Shown here piece after piece: positions 25,345-32,000 of a stretch of 32,000 nt of DNA. The notes under the pieces are model-generated. The model saw only the letters and a program-made list of their open reading frames with translations. It had not been told where the DNA came from and ran no database searches. Positions within the stretch are counted from its first letter, which is position 1. Each line of letters begins with the position of its first letter. A program made the position numbers and the translations under genes. This DNA is from Bellilinea caldifistulae (GTDB lineage: Bacteria; Chloroflexota; Anaerolineae; Anaerolineales; Anaerolineaceae): positions 18,577 through 50,576 of the forward strand of contig NZ_LGHJ01000028.1 of NCBI RefSeq assembly GCF_001306055.1, given 5' to 3'.

Positions 25345-25354
25345 GGGGTTACCT

Positions 25355-26620
25355 CTAATCGGAAGGAGTGGGTAAATCGGCGGGCGGGTTTTCGTCCGCG
25401 GGCAGGATTTGCCACTTAATTAGCAACTGATGCAAGGCATCCAGCACTTCTGAAATCTGACGCTCCACCTTAGGAAGGTTCATCCGGTCTGCCTGATGCT
25501 CCGCATGGCTCAGTTGATTACGCAGCCTCGTCAGGCTAGAAAAGTTTTTTGCCATGCTCTCTGCATCCGGCCATTCATTGTAAATTTGATAGCCAATCCG
25601 ATTCAAGTCATCCACGCTGAATTTGCGCTTTTCGCCGGTATGCTCATCGGTTATTGGCTGACCAATTTTGGCAATCCCCGAAATGGCTTTTTCGAGTGTG
25701 GATCGCTGGTCGTGTTTCAGGTGAATGTTTTTTTCGTAACGCACGGCTACCGCATCAATCATCACCTCGCGCGCCAGCGTGACAGCCTGGAGCATTTGGC
25801 CATGGTCCGCATACCACTCGATCATCTTCCACTCCCGGCGGATAAACTCTAACGGATCATCTAGCGGAGCTTCGAGCGCAAAATCATCAAAAATGCCGAT
25901 GATATTCTTCGACAAGACACTGAAAGGCCTGGAAGTATGAGAGAAAGATCTGGCAGCCCTCTCCAGATGTGGACGCAAATCAGTGCTGGCTTTCATCAGA
26001 CTGACCGGCTGGCATAAGAAGGCAGCCTGCGAAACGGTTCTGAGCGTTTCCGCCGCCCGTTTCTGTTCTTTGACGCCACCCAACAAATCCGCCAGCCGGG
26101 TAGCATTGCCGGTTTGAACAAATTGATCGGCAGCATTAATCCAATCCAGCATCGAAGCAAAACGCGAAAGATCCAATACCGGCGCTACACCGTTATTTTC
26201 TTTCTGTAAATCCAGTGCGCCATAGAGGATCGAGCGGATGGTCACTCCCTTGGCAGATTTGAGATAAGCTGCAAAAAGGAAGGCAAGAAAAGGGATTGAA
26301 CGCAGTCCATGGGTAATATCGAAGGTTACCTCTTCTCCATCCTTAATTTCGTCAATAACATTGTCAAAGATACCCCACATTTCTTTATCATCACGACCGG
26401 TAGGAATGGGAACCTTCTGAATGCGGGGATCATTTCCCTTTTCAAGAGTCGACGAATAAACCGACTCCGCTTCCGGCGTTGTTAGCACCAGCATTCGATC
26501 AAAGTTAAGAAATTGCAGGATGGCTTCGGCAAAAACCTGTCCTTGATATTCCCTGCCGTCATAGCGGTAAGTAGTTTGTTGAGGGCGAATGCCCAGAAAC
26601 GTAATCACCGTATGCGTCAT
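25355..26620 (-). CDS. csx1: CARF-HEPN ancillary ribonuclease (Csx1/Csm6-like, DxTHG family), 421 aa
   Basis: The N-terminus MTHTVITFLG plus the FDITHGLRSIPF (DxTHG) motif are typical of CARF. The C-terminus has the R-x4-H HEPN motif in LTRLRNQLSHAEH. The start at 26620 forms an ATGA overlap with the csm5 stop. About 45-50% GC on sampled lines, against about 65% for flanking cas genes. Confidence 0.8.
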   Translation of the reverse strand: MTHTVITFLGIRPQQTTYRYDGREYQGQVFAEAILQFLNFDRMLVLTTPEAESVYSSTLEKGNDPRIQKVPIPTGRDDKEMWGIFDNVIDEIKDGEEVTFDITHGLRSIPFLAFLFAAYLKSAKGVTIRSILYGALDLQKENNGVAPVLDLSRFASMLDWINAADQFVQTGNATRLADLLGGVKEQKRAAETLRTVSQAAFLCQPVSLMKASTDLRPHLERAARSFSHTSRPFSVLSKNIIGIFDDFALEAPLDDPLEFIRREWKMIEWYADHGQMLQAVTLAREVMIDAVAVRYEKNIHLKHDQRSTLEKAISGIAKIGQPITDEHTGEKRKFSVDDLNRIGYQIYNEWPDAESMAKNFSSLTRLRNQLSHAEHQADRMNLPKVERQISEVLDALHQLLIKWQILPADENPPADLPTPSD

Positions 26621-27759
26621 GTCGTCCTCCAGAGTGAGAGATTGCCGGTAACCGGCTGGAACTGCACCAGCACCCAACCGAGCGGCAGGGCGGGGCTTTC
26701 CTGCACTTTGCCGTTGTTGCCTCTTTGAAAGGCGGCCGCCACCCGCCGCGAGAGCGGGAATGGGTCGCCGTGTTTGCGTTTGCCACGCGCCATGCGGAAC
26801 TGGCGCAGCAGCGCCTCACGGGTGTTGGGGTCGCCAAACATCTGCGTACCGAACGTTTTGCTCTCCCAGCCGGTACCCCAGCCCAGGCACAGGAGCATCT
26901 GGTTGGGCTGCAGCTGGCTTTTGAGCAGGGAATCGTAAAACGAGGTCACCCGCCCGGCGCCGGGGATGCGCGCAAACCAGGCCTGCTCGCGCCGCACCTG
27001 CTCCTGCGCGCGCTTGTTGACGATCTGCGGCAGGGCACGCAGCGCGCTTTCGGCGGCAAACCGCAGCCCCTTGCCCTTCGCCCAGTCCGAGAAGAGCGCG
27101 GTATCCACCTTGATGGTCAGCTCAAAGGTCACATCCGGGCGGATGGCTTCCATTTCGATGGGCGAACCCAACGCGCCGCCGCGGTTGATCACCCGCGCGT
27201 TGACCACCATCAGGCTTTCCGCACCGAGCGGCTGGCTGTCGCTGACCTGCAAGGCGCGCAGCAGGTCGTGGTTGGGGTTTTTGCCCAGCAGCGAGCGTTC
27301 CAGTTCCTGGGCGGCAAACTTGGCGTTACGCCCAAGGTGGCTAACTTCCAGCCGCAAGCCGTTCTGCTTCCACAATACGGCGGCCAGCGCCGTGCGCAGC
27401 GCGCCTTTGAGTGAAGAACCGGGCAGGTAGGGTCGGTCATACACATCCTTGATCTGCTCGCGCAGGACGGCCCCTTCACCGGTGGCACGCGGCGTTCCTT
27501 TCAGCACATAGCGGAAGAGGGGACTGTCAGGACGATAATCAGCCTCGCTGAGCAGCTCCTGCGGCGGCCGTTCGGCGATGATGGCCAGTTGGCGTGGGTC
27601 CTCGATCTTTTGGGCTTCCAGCAGGTGGTCATGGTGGATACGCCAGGTGTGGTCTTTATAAATGGCATAATCGTACTGGTTGAGCAGTTCTATGCCGCTG
27701 CCAATGTGCAGCGGAGTGAGGGTGGAAACCTTTACCTGAAAGACGGTGTAGTCGGGCAT
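26617..27759 (-). CDS. csm5: Csm5 (RAMP, Cas7-like) type III subunit, 380 aa
   Basis: MPDYTVFQVKVSTLTPLHIGSG and DRPYLPGSSLKGALRTAL RAMP motifs. GGAGG lies 6 nt upstream of the ATG at 27759. The track start at 27861 would overlap csm4 by 100 nt. Confidence 0.8.
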   Translation of the reverse strand: MPDYTVFQVKVSTLTPLHIGSGIELLNQYDYAIYKDHTWRIHHDHLLEAQKIEDPRQLAIIAERPPQELLSEADYRPDSPLFRYVLKGTPRATGEGAVLREQIKDVYDRPYLPGSSLKGALRTALAAVLWKQNGLRLEVSHLGRNAKFAAQELERSLLGKNPNHDLLRALQVSDSQPLGAESLMVVNARVINRGGALGSPIEMEAIRPDVTFELTIKVDTALFSDWAKGKGLRFAAESALRALPQIVNKRAQEQVRREQAWFARIPGAGRVTSFYDSLLKSQLQPNQMLLCLGWGTGWESKTFGTQMFGDPNTREALLRQFRMARGKRKHGDPFPLSRRVAAAFQRGNNGKVQESPALPLGWVLVQFQPVTGNLSLWRTT

Positions 27760-27760
27760 G

Positions 27761-28870
27761 TCAACCTCCTCGCGCGTTGAAACCGGCCGCACAGGCAAGC
27801 CCGTAACGGTAGATGGGGTGCGGCAGGTCGCCGGCTTGCCGCGGCGAAACCTCGCACACATCCCCCGCCGGCAGGTTCGGTAAGTTCAGCAGGCTACCCT
27901 CGCCGATCATCAGCACGCGCTGGCGCAGCAGGTTCTCGCGTCCGAAGGGATCACACCAGCCGCCCACGCTGACCAGCTGGTAGCATCCGTCTTGCAGGGC
28001 AGTGGGCAGTTCGGCCGCGCGGGGGTGATAGCGGCTGAGCAGGTAGGCCGGCTGGCCGGGCGCAGCAACAGGCAGTTCAAATGGTAGTGGCTGAGGAAAG
28101 CCTTTACGCAGCTCAAAACCGCCAAAGCCGATGGCGCGCTTCCCGCCCAGCCCACTGTATTGCAGGGCATCCAGCGCGCGGCGCAGCAGGACACGGCTGG
28201 GGTGAGTTTCATCGGCCAGCCACTGCACGCCAAACCACAGGCCGCATCCCGGCTGAAAGTGGATCTGGACGGTGTGGTAGATATCCGGCGCGTAGCGGAT
28301 GCGGTCCACGGTCACATGCGGCTGGCGGGCGCGGCGGTAGACCGCCTGGCGCCGCAGGGCAAAGATTTTTTCTTTCCTCAGTTTATAAACTTCCAGCAGC
28401 GAACCGGTTTCTTCCAGCGTCAGCCAGAACTGGCCGCCTTGCAGGGCAATGCCGTTTTTGGGCGGTTGCTCTTCTTCTTTTGGAAAAAGGTCATCATCCA
28501 GCCGCTCACCGCCCAGCAGACGCAAAAAGAGCCGCTCGGAAAGGTACTGCACCTTTTTGATGCGCTTGCCGTAGTCGCGCAGGGTTTCGGCGCTCAGCGC
28601 GCCGCTCCAATCCAGCGGTGCGGGGTAAAAGCGCACCTCGCCGACGTAGGGGAAAGTCGAGGTCAGCAAAAAGGGCGGACGGGGTGGATCGGTCAGAAAC
28701 GGCTGCAGGAAGGCGGCCGTGTCCTCGCCGGAAGCCGCCAGCGCCGCGGTCAGCGCGCTGAACAGTGTATCCGAGGGGATAGCAGGCAGGGTGTCTTCCA
28801 GCTCCAGCCCGCGCCGGCCAACCCGCACTACGCCCTTCATTTTCAGGGCATAGATTTCAAGGGGTGGCAT
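27761..28870 (-). CDS. csm4: Csm4 (Cas5-family RAMP) type III subunit, 369 aa
   Basis: N-terminal ...AIPSDTLFSALTAALA motif and the glycine-rich loop YSGLGGKRAIGFGGFE. GGAGGG RBS. Confidence 0.85.
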   Translation of the reverse strand: MPPLEIYALKMKGVVRVGRRGLELEDTLPAIPSDTLFSALTAALAASGEDTAAFLQPFLTDPPRPPFLLTSTFPYVGEVRFYPAPLDWSGALSAETLRDYGKRIKKVQYLSERLFLRLLGGERLDDDLFPKEEEQPPKNGIALQGGQFWLTLEETGSLLEVYKLRKEKIFALRRQAVYRRARQPHVTVDRIRYAPDIYHTVQIHFQPGCGLWFGVQWLADETHPSRVLLRRALDALQYSGLGGKRAIGFGGFELRKGFPQPLPFELPVAAPGQPAYLLSRYHPRAAELPTALQDGCYQLVSVGGWCDPFGRENLLRQRVLMIGEGSLLNLPNLPAGDVCEVSPRQAGDLPHPIYRYGLACAAGFNARGG

Positions 28871-28879
28871 ATCGCCCTC

Positions 28880-29692
28880 CTACAACTCGGCCAGAATTTG
28901 CTGCTGAAGGCCGCTCAGCCCGGCGGCCAGTTCGGCAACCGTTTCAAATTCTCCTAATTTCTTCGGCTCGGCGCTGTAATCCTTGCCGCGCCAGGCGAGG
29001 CGAATGTTCTGGATCTCCACCTTGCCAGAACCGCGGCTGCCCAGCCCGCCGAGGTAGTCATCCAGCAGCAGTTGCAGCCCTTCAACAATCACCTTCAGGC
29101 GCTGAACGTCCTTTTTAGCGTCGCAATTGGCACCTTCATAGACCGAATAGACCAGTTCGGCGTTGCTGAAACGGGTGCCGGCCGGCACGCGCTCCATCTG
29201 GCGTGGGTTGGCTGCCGAGGTCACCCGGTCAATCGAAACTTCGGTCTTGACTTCGGTGTAGGGCAGGTCGGTGCCGGCATTTTCCAAAGCCTTTACGCTT
29301 TCTTCATCCATAAAGACATCCCGCACGATCAGGCGGGTGGGGGTGGCAAACTCGCGCTCGCCCGGCACGCCAAAGGTGGTACACACATCACAGTTCAGGT
29401 AAGTATCAGAGTGTTTATTGTTTTCCGCTCCACAGGAATGAATATAACCCTGCCCGATGCGCTGGTTCTGCGGCAAGCCCTTGTACTTTTCCAGCAGGCT
29501 GCGCATCTTGCCGCGCAGGCTGGAACCGGGGATGTAGGGCCGGTTGGTGAGCGGGTCGCGGATGACCGTCTTATCCACCCCGCCGATTTCGATGCCCGAT
29601 TCGGTACCGCCGATGTGCAAACCTGTTTGGGCAACCACATCAAAATGGATTAAAACGCGTCCTTTGAGTTGAATTTTGTTGTTGTTCATCAT
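28880..29692 (-). CDS. csm3: Csm3 (Cas7) backbone subunit, 270 aa, catalytic Asp present
   Basis: TGLHIGG, then VIRDPLTNRPYIPGSSLRGKMRSLLE (the Asp of the RNA-cleaving loop), then TEVKTEVSIDRVT...ANPRQMERVPAG. AGGAGG RBS. The start is ATG 29692 or 29689. Confidence 0.92.
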   Translation of the reverse strand: MMNNNKIQLKGRVLIHFDVVAQTGLHIGGTESGIEIGGVDKTVIRDPLTNRPYIPGSSLRGKMRSLLEKYKGLPQNQRIGQGYIHSCGAENNKHSDTYLNCDVCTTFGVPGEREFATPTRLIVRDVFMDEESVKALENAGTDLPYTEVKTEVSIDRVTSAANPRQMERVPAGTRFSNAELVYSVYEGANCDAKKDVQRLKVIVEGLQLLLDDYLGGLGSRGSGKVEIQNIRLAWRGKDYSAEPKKLGEFETVAELAAGLSGLQQQILAEL

Positions 29693-29722
29693 GACCTCCT
29701 GAAGTTCAAGTTTTGCGGGGTG

Positions 29723-30154
29723 CTAACTGCCACCGTAGGCTTTGTGGTAGGCCAGAATTGCCTCGAGGAATTCGACAAAACGCTTGAAGTACTCGTCCTG
29801 CTTTTCGGCCGGCGCCTGCGTGACCGCATCCAGCGCCGGTTTGAGCACATCCACCAGCGCCCGAACAGCCTGCCCGCGCTCTCGGCGGGCGCGGTACTCC
29901 ATCTTCGGCTTGAGCAGAATCAGGCGGCGCAGTACCTTCTGGCGCTCGGCGACCGCTGCTCCGCCCTTCTGGCGGGCAACTGCCCATTCACCCTGAATCT
30001 GGCGCACCTCGCCGAACAGACTGCGGATCTGGCTGGTGGAAAGATACAGCTCTTTCAACTCCTTACCGAACTGATTCGTCCATTGCACCAGCAGTTCGCC
30101 GCTGGCGTCCTGAGTGATAATTTTTTGCACTTCATTTGCAGGTATGGGGCTCAT
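29723..30154 (-). CDS. csm2: Csm2 (Cas11 small subunit), 143 aa
   Basis: A helical small-subunit pattern with LSTSQIRSLFGEV and C-terminal LAYHKAYGG. An AGGAGG RBS is embedded in the last codons of the upstream gene. Confidence 0.8.
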   Translation of the reverse strand: MSPIPANEVQKIITQDASGELLVQWTNQFGKELKELYLSTSQIRSLFGEVRQIQGEWAVARQKGGAAVAERQKVLRRLILLKPKMEYRARRERGQAVRALVDVLKPALDAVTQAPAEKQDEYFKRFVEFLEAILAYHKAYGGS

Positions 30155-30155
30155 T

Positions 30156-31856
30156 TTATTCCTCCTGTGTATTGAGCGTATAAAACTTTGGACTTATATC
30201 CATCAAGATTGGGGTTAATTTGTCTTGGAATTGTGTAGAGAGACCTTGAATCTGGTTCTCGAACCTCGTTCGATTTTCTTGAATCAATTCTTTGAGGTAA
30301 TTAGCCGCAAAAATAACCTGAGTCAAATCTGTAAAGAAACGAATCCTTCTCCTTTCCTCAGTTTCGGTTAGAACCGATAAACTCAAGCAAAACATCCTAG
30401 CATTTCTTCTCATCACCCGGTTAAATTGATGATGGCCGATCTCTTCGCCTAGATTTACATTTATTGCTAATTTCTCAGTTTGGCTCCAAAAAGACCTCAT
30501 CGTATCGGGATCATAATTTCTTTTTTGTGCTTCTCTGTTCCATGCTCTCCAATAAATGCGGTCAAGCATGACGCCAATTCGAATGTTCTGATCTTCAATT
30601 AAGGTTTTTTGAGACTCTGTGGCTTCCGTTCTCACTTCAATCGGTTGATCAAGGGTTAATTCTTCTGCTTGTGCAATCTCGCTCGGTTGACTATTATTTT
30701 CAGAATTGTCCATATCCTCTCCATCTTCTGCTATCGTCGGGATTATCTCGTTTTCCTTTACCAAATCATCCTGTTGCGGGGAATATTCACCAATAATCTC
30801 TGGCAAGGCTGTTTCAAGATAAAAAGGAATCGAACAAATTTGTGTCAGCTCCTGGTCGGCGTAAATAAAGGTTTCAACCTTTTCAAGGATCTCACTTTTG
30901 CATTGAACTTCAATGTATTTTCGGATTTGCTCTTGATTAAATGGCTGTATTCTTATTTCCGATATGTCTTTTCTGTATTCATCCGCAAAAGATGGTGAAG
31001 GCGGGCGAGTGGCCAGAATAAATTTCAGATCAGGATACTTCCTTATCAAATCTTCTAAGATTCGAATAAAACTCCTGCCAACTACCCTATTCAATATCTC
31101 ATCAAAGCCATCCAGCAACACCACAAAGTGATACCTCCGATTTTCAAATAACCGATTCAATTCTTCAGGTCTTCTCTCTGGAAATTTCAATCCCTCACAT
31201 AAACGATTAACCAGAAGGCTTTCCATTTGATCGCTATTATTTATGTTCAACTCCCTTAGTGAAACAAAAATCGGTATAAAACCAAATGGATAGTACACCT
31301 GATGGTAGTTTTCTTGATTTCCAATATCCCCCTCCAATAATTCAGCCCTCATATAAGCGAACCTTTCGAGTAATGTGGTTTTCCCAATAGCGGCTTCGCC
31401 AGTTATTACGAGAAGGTTTTTGTTACTCTCAAGGAACCTCCGAATCTCTTCAACAATCTCTATTCCATTATTTGAAAGTAATTCTTGATATCCTTCAATG
31501 GTGAAGGATTCCTTGAATCTCTCTTGCAGTTTCACAAAATAATTCTCCCATTGTTCTGGAAAAATATACGGGCATTTTGTAAAAGGATGGTAAATTCCTT
31601 CCATTTCGGGAGCCAGTCTTTCGTTGCTCTCCCCGGTTCGTATCCAGGATTGACCTGTTTCTATGCGATCCAGACTTCTTCTGACTTTGAATGGGGTTTC
31701 TGTTGGCAGAGGGGGTATTTTGATGGACAAAATGATATGCCCATCACAATCAATTGCCTCCAAGTTCACAGCCCGAAGCTCTGGTTGGATATAATCATTT
31801 ATGAGATTTTTTATAGTTCTTTTTACTCCATCAATTCCTCTGAGTTGATGTATCAT
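30156..31856 (-). CDS. NACHT/STAND-type P-loop NTPase (566 aa) occupying the cas10 position
   Basis: Walker A: VITGEAAIGKTTLLE. Walker B: HFVVLLDGFDEI. This is followed by KFILATRP, a NACHT-like sensor region. The N-terminal ~90 aa resemble only the second half of an AlbA_2/Schlafen-type domain (HIILSIKIPP...SWIRTGESNERL). There is an acidic low-complexity linker (AEDGEDMDNSENNSQPSEIAQAEE) and a helical C-terminus. No HD, palm or GGDD cyclase motif is present. About 33-43% GC on sampled lines. Confidence 0.8.
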   Translation of the reverse strand: MIHQLRGIDGVKRTIKNLINDYIQPELRAVNLEAIDCDGHIILSIKIPPLPTETPFKVRRSLDRIETGQSWIRTGESNERLAPEMEGIYHPFTKCPYIFPEQWENYFVKLQERFKESFTIEGYQELLSNNGIEIVEEIRRFLESNKNLLVITGEAAIGKTTLLERFAYMRAELLEGDIGNQENYHQVYYPFGFIPIFVSLRELNINNSDQMESLLVNRLCEGLKFPERRPEELNRLFENRRYHFVVLLDGFDEILNRVVGRSFIRILEDLIRKYPDLKFILATRPPSPSFADEYRKDISEIRIQPFNQEQIRKYIEVQCKSEILEKVETFIYADQELTQICSIPFYLETALPEIIGEYSPQQDDLVKENEIIPTIAEDGEDMDNSENNSQPSEIAQAEELTLDQPIEVRTEATESQKTLIEDQNIRIGVMLDRIYWRAWNREAQKRNYDPDTMRSFWSQTEKLAINVNLGEEIGHHQFNRVMRRNARMFCLSLSVLTETEERRRIRFFTDLTQVIFAANYLKELIQENRTRFENQIQGLSTQFQDKLTPILMDISPKFYTLNTQEE

Positions 31857-31941
31857 TCTTTCTGTAAATTCTTGGACCTTAACAAAAATGGTGAGTCAGA
31901 AGTATCCTTATACGGTGACCAAACCAAATAAGGAGAACCCA

Positions 31942-32000
31942 ATGACTCACCAAAATGATTATAACCTTTCTGCAGGGACGATCGAAGAAATTTTGCGCAA
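31942..32000 (+). CDS. 5' end of a divergently transcribed gene (only 19 codons visible)
   Basis: An AAGGAG RBS (31930-31935) sits 6 nt upstream of the ATG at 31942 (MTHQNDYNLSAGTIEEILR...). Identity cannot be determined from this fragment. Confidence 0.4.
   Translation, partial: MTHQNDYNLSAGTIEEILR

Noticed and set aside
26621-26677. Longer starts for the CARF-HEPN gene (26677) and for csm5 (27861).
   Set aside because: Both extensions overlap the preceding gene by 60-100 nt. Internal ATGs give an ATGA overlap (26620) or a GGAGG RBS (27759), and N-termini typical of the families (MTHTVITFLG and MPDYTVFQVKVSTLTPLHIGSG).
31942-32000. Calling the divergent gene at the right edge a transposase, which would explain loss of cas10 by IS insertion.
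   Set aside because: Only 19 codons are visible. A loose resemblance to IS-family N-termini is not evidence. No terminal inverted repeat or target-site duplication could be identified in 31857-31941.

Overview
This is a mosaic window from a moderately high-GC bacterium. The gene style and a GC-rich palindromic repeat loosely suggest a Chloroflexota-like host, but that is weak inference.

LEFT (1-12.2 kb): a tightly coupled minus-strand operon. It runs NERD/SF1 helicase, then a ~1235-aa P-loop ATPase, then a 907-aa N6/N4-type DNA methyltransferase, then a >890-aa protein with no motif I recognise. That last gene runs off the window and is missing from the ORF track. A divergently oriented tyrosine integrase and two tRNA-3'-end-like direct repeats border the operon. 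It looks like a methylation-based defence island, but I cannot place it in BREX, DISARM or classical R-M by eye.

MIDDLE (12.3-22.5 kb): chromosomal-looking genes.
- a REC-CpaE/TadZ-like protein with a degenerate Walker A
- an Flp-type prepilin leader fused to a lectin-like domain
- a CarboxypepD_reg-like protein
- a GAF-PAS-PAS-HK-REC-REC hybrid kinase cut by one in-frame TGA
- an Hpt protein
- a PadR-ABC(ATPase)-FtsX/MacB-like permease module

RIGHT (22.5-32 kb): a 5-repeat CRISPR array plus a type III-A/D-like operon, csm2-csm3-csm4-csm5-CARF/HEPN(csx1-like)-csx15-cas6.
- There is no cas10 and no cas1/cas2 in the window.
- The slot directly upstream of csm2, where cas10 normally sits, holds a low-GC gene for a NACHT/STAND-type P-loop NTPase.
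- That gene's stop codon lies 1 nt from the csm2 ATG.
- I rank this Cas10-less Csm module with a STAND NTPase and an orphan CARF-HEPN effector as the most interesting candidate for an undescribed system. The methyltransferase operon comes second.

All family calls come from motif recognition by eye. No database search was run.
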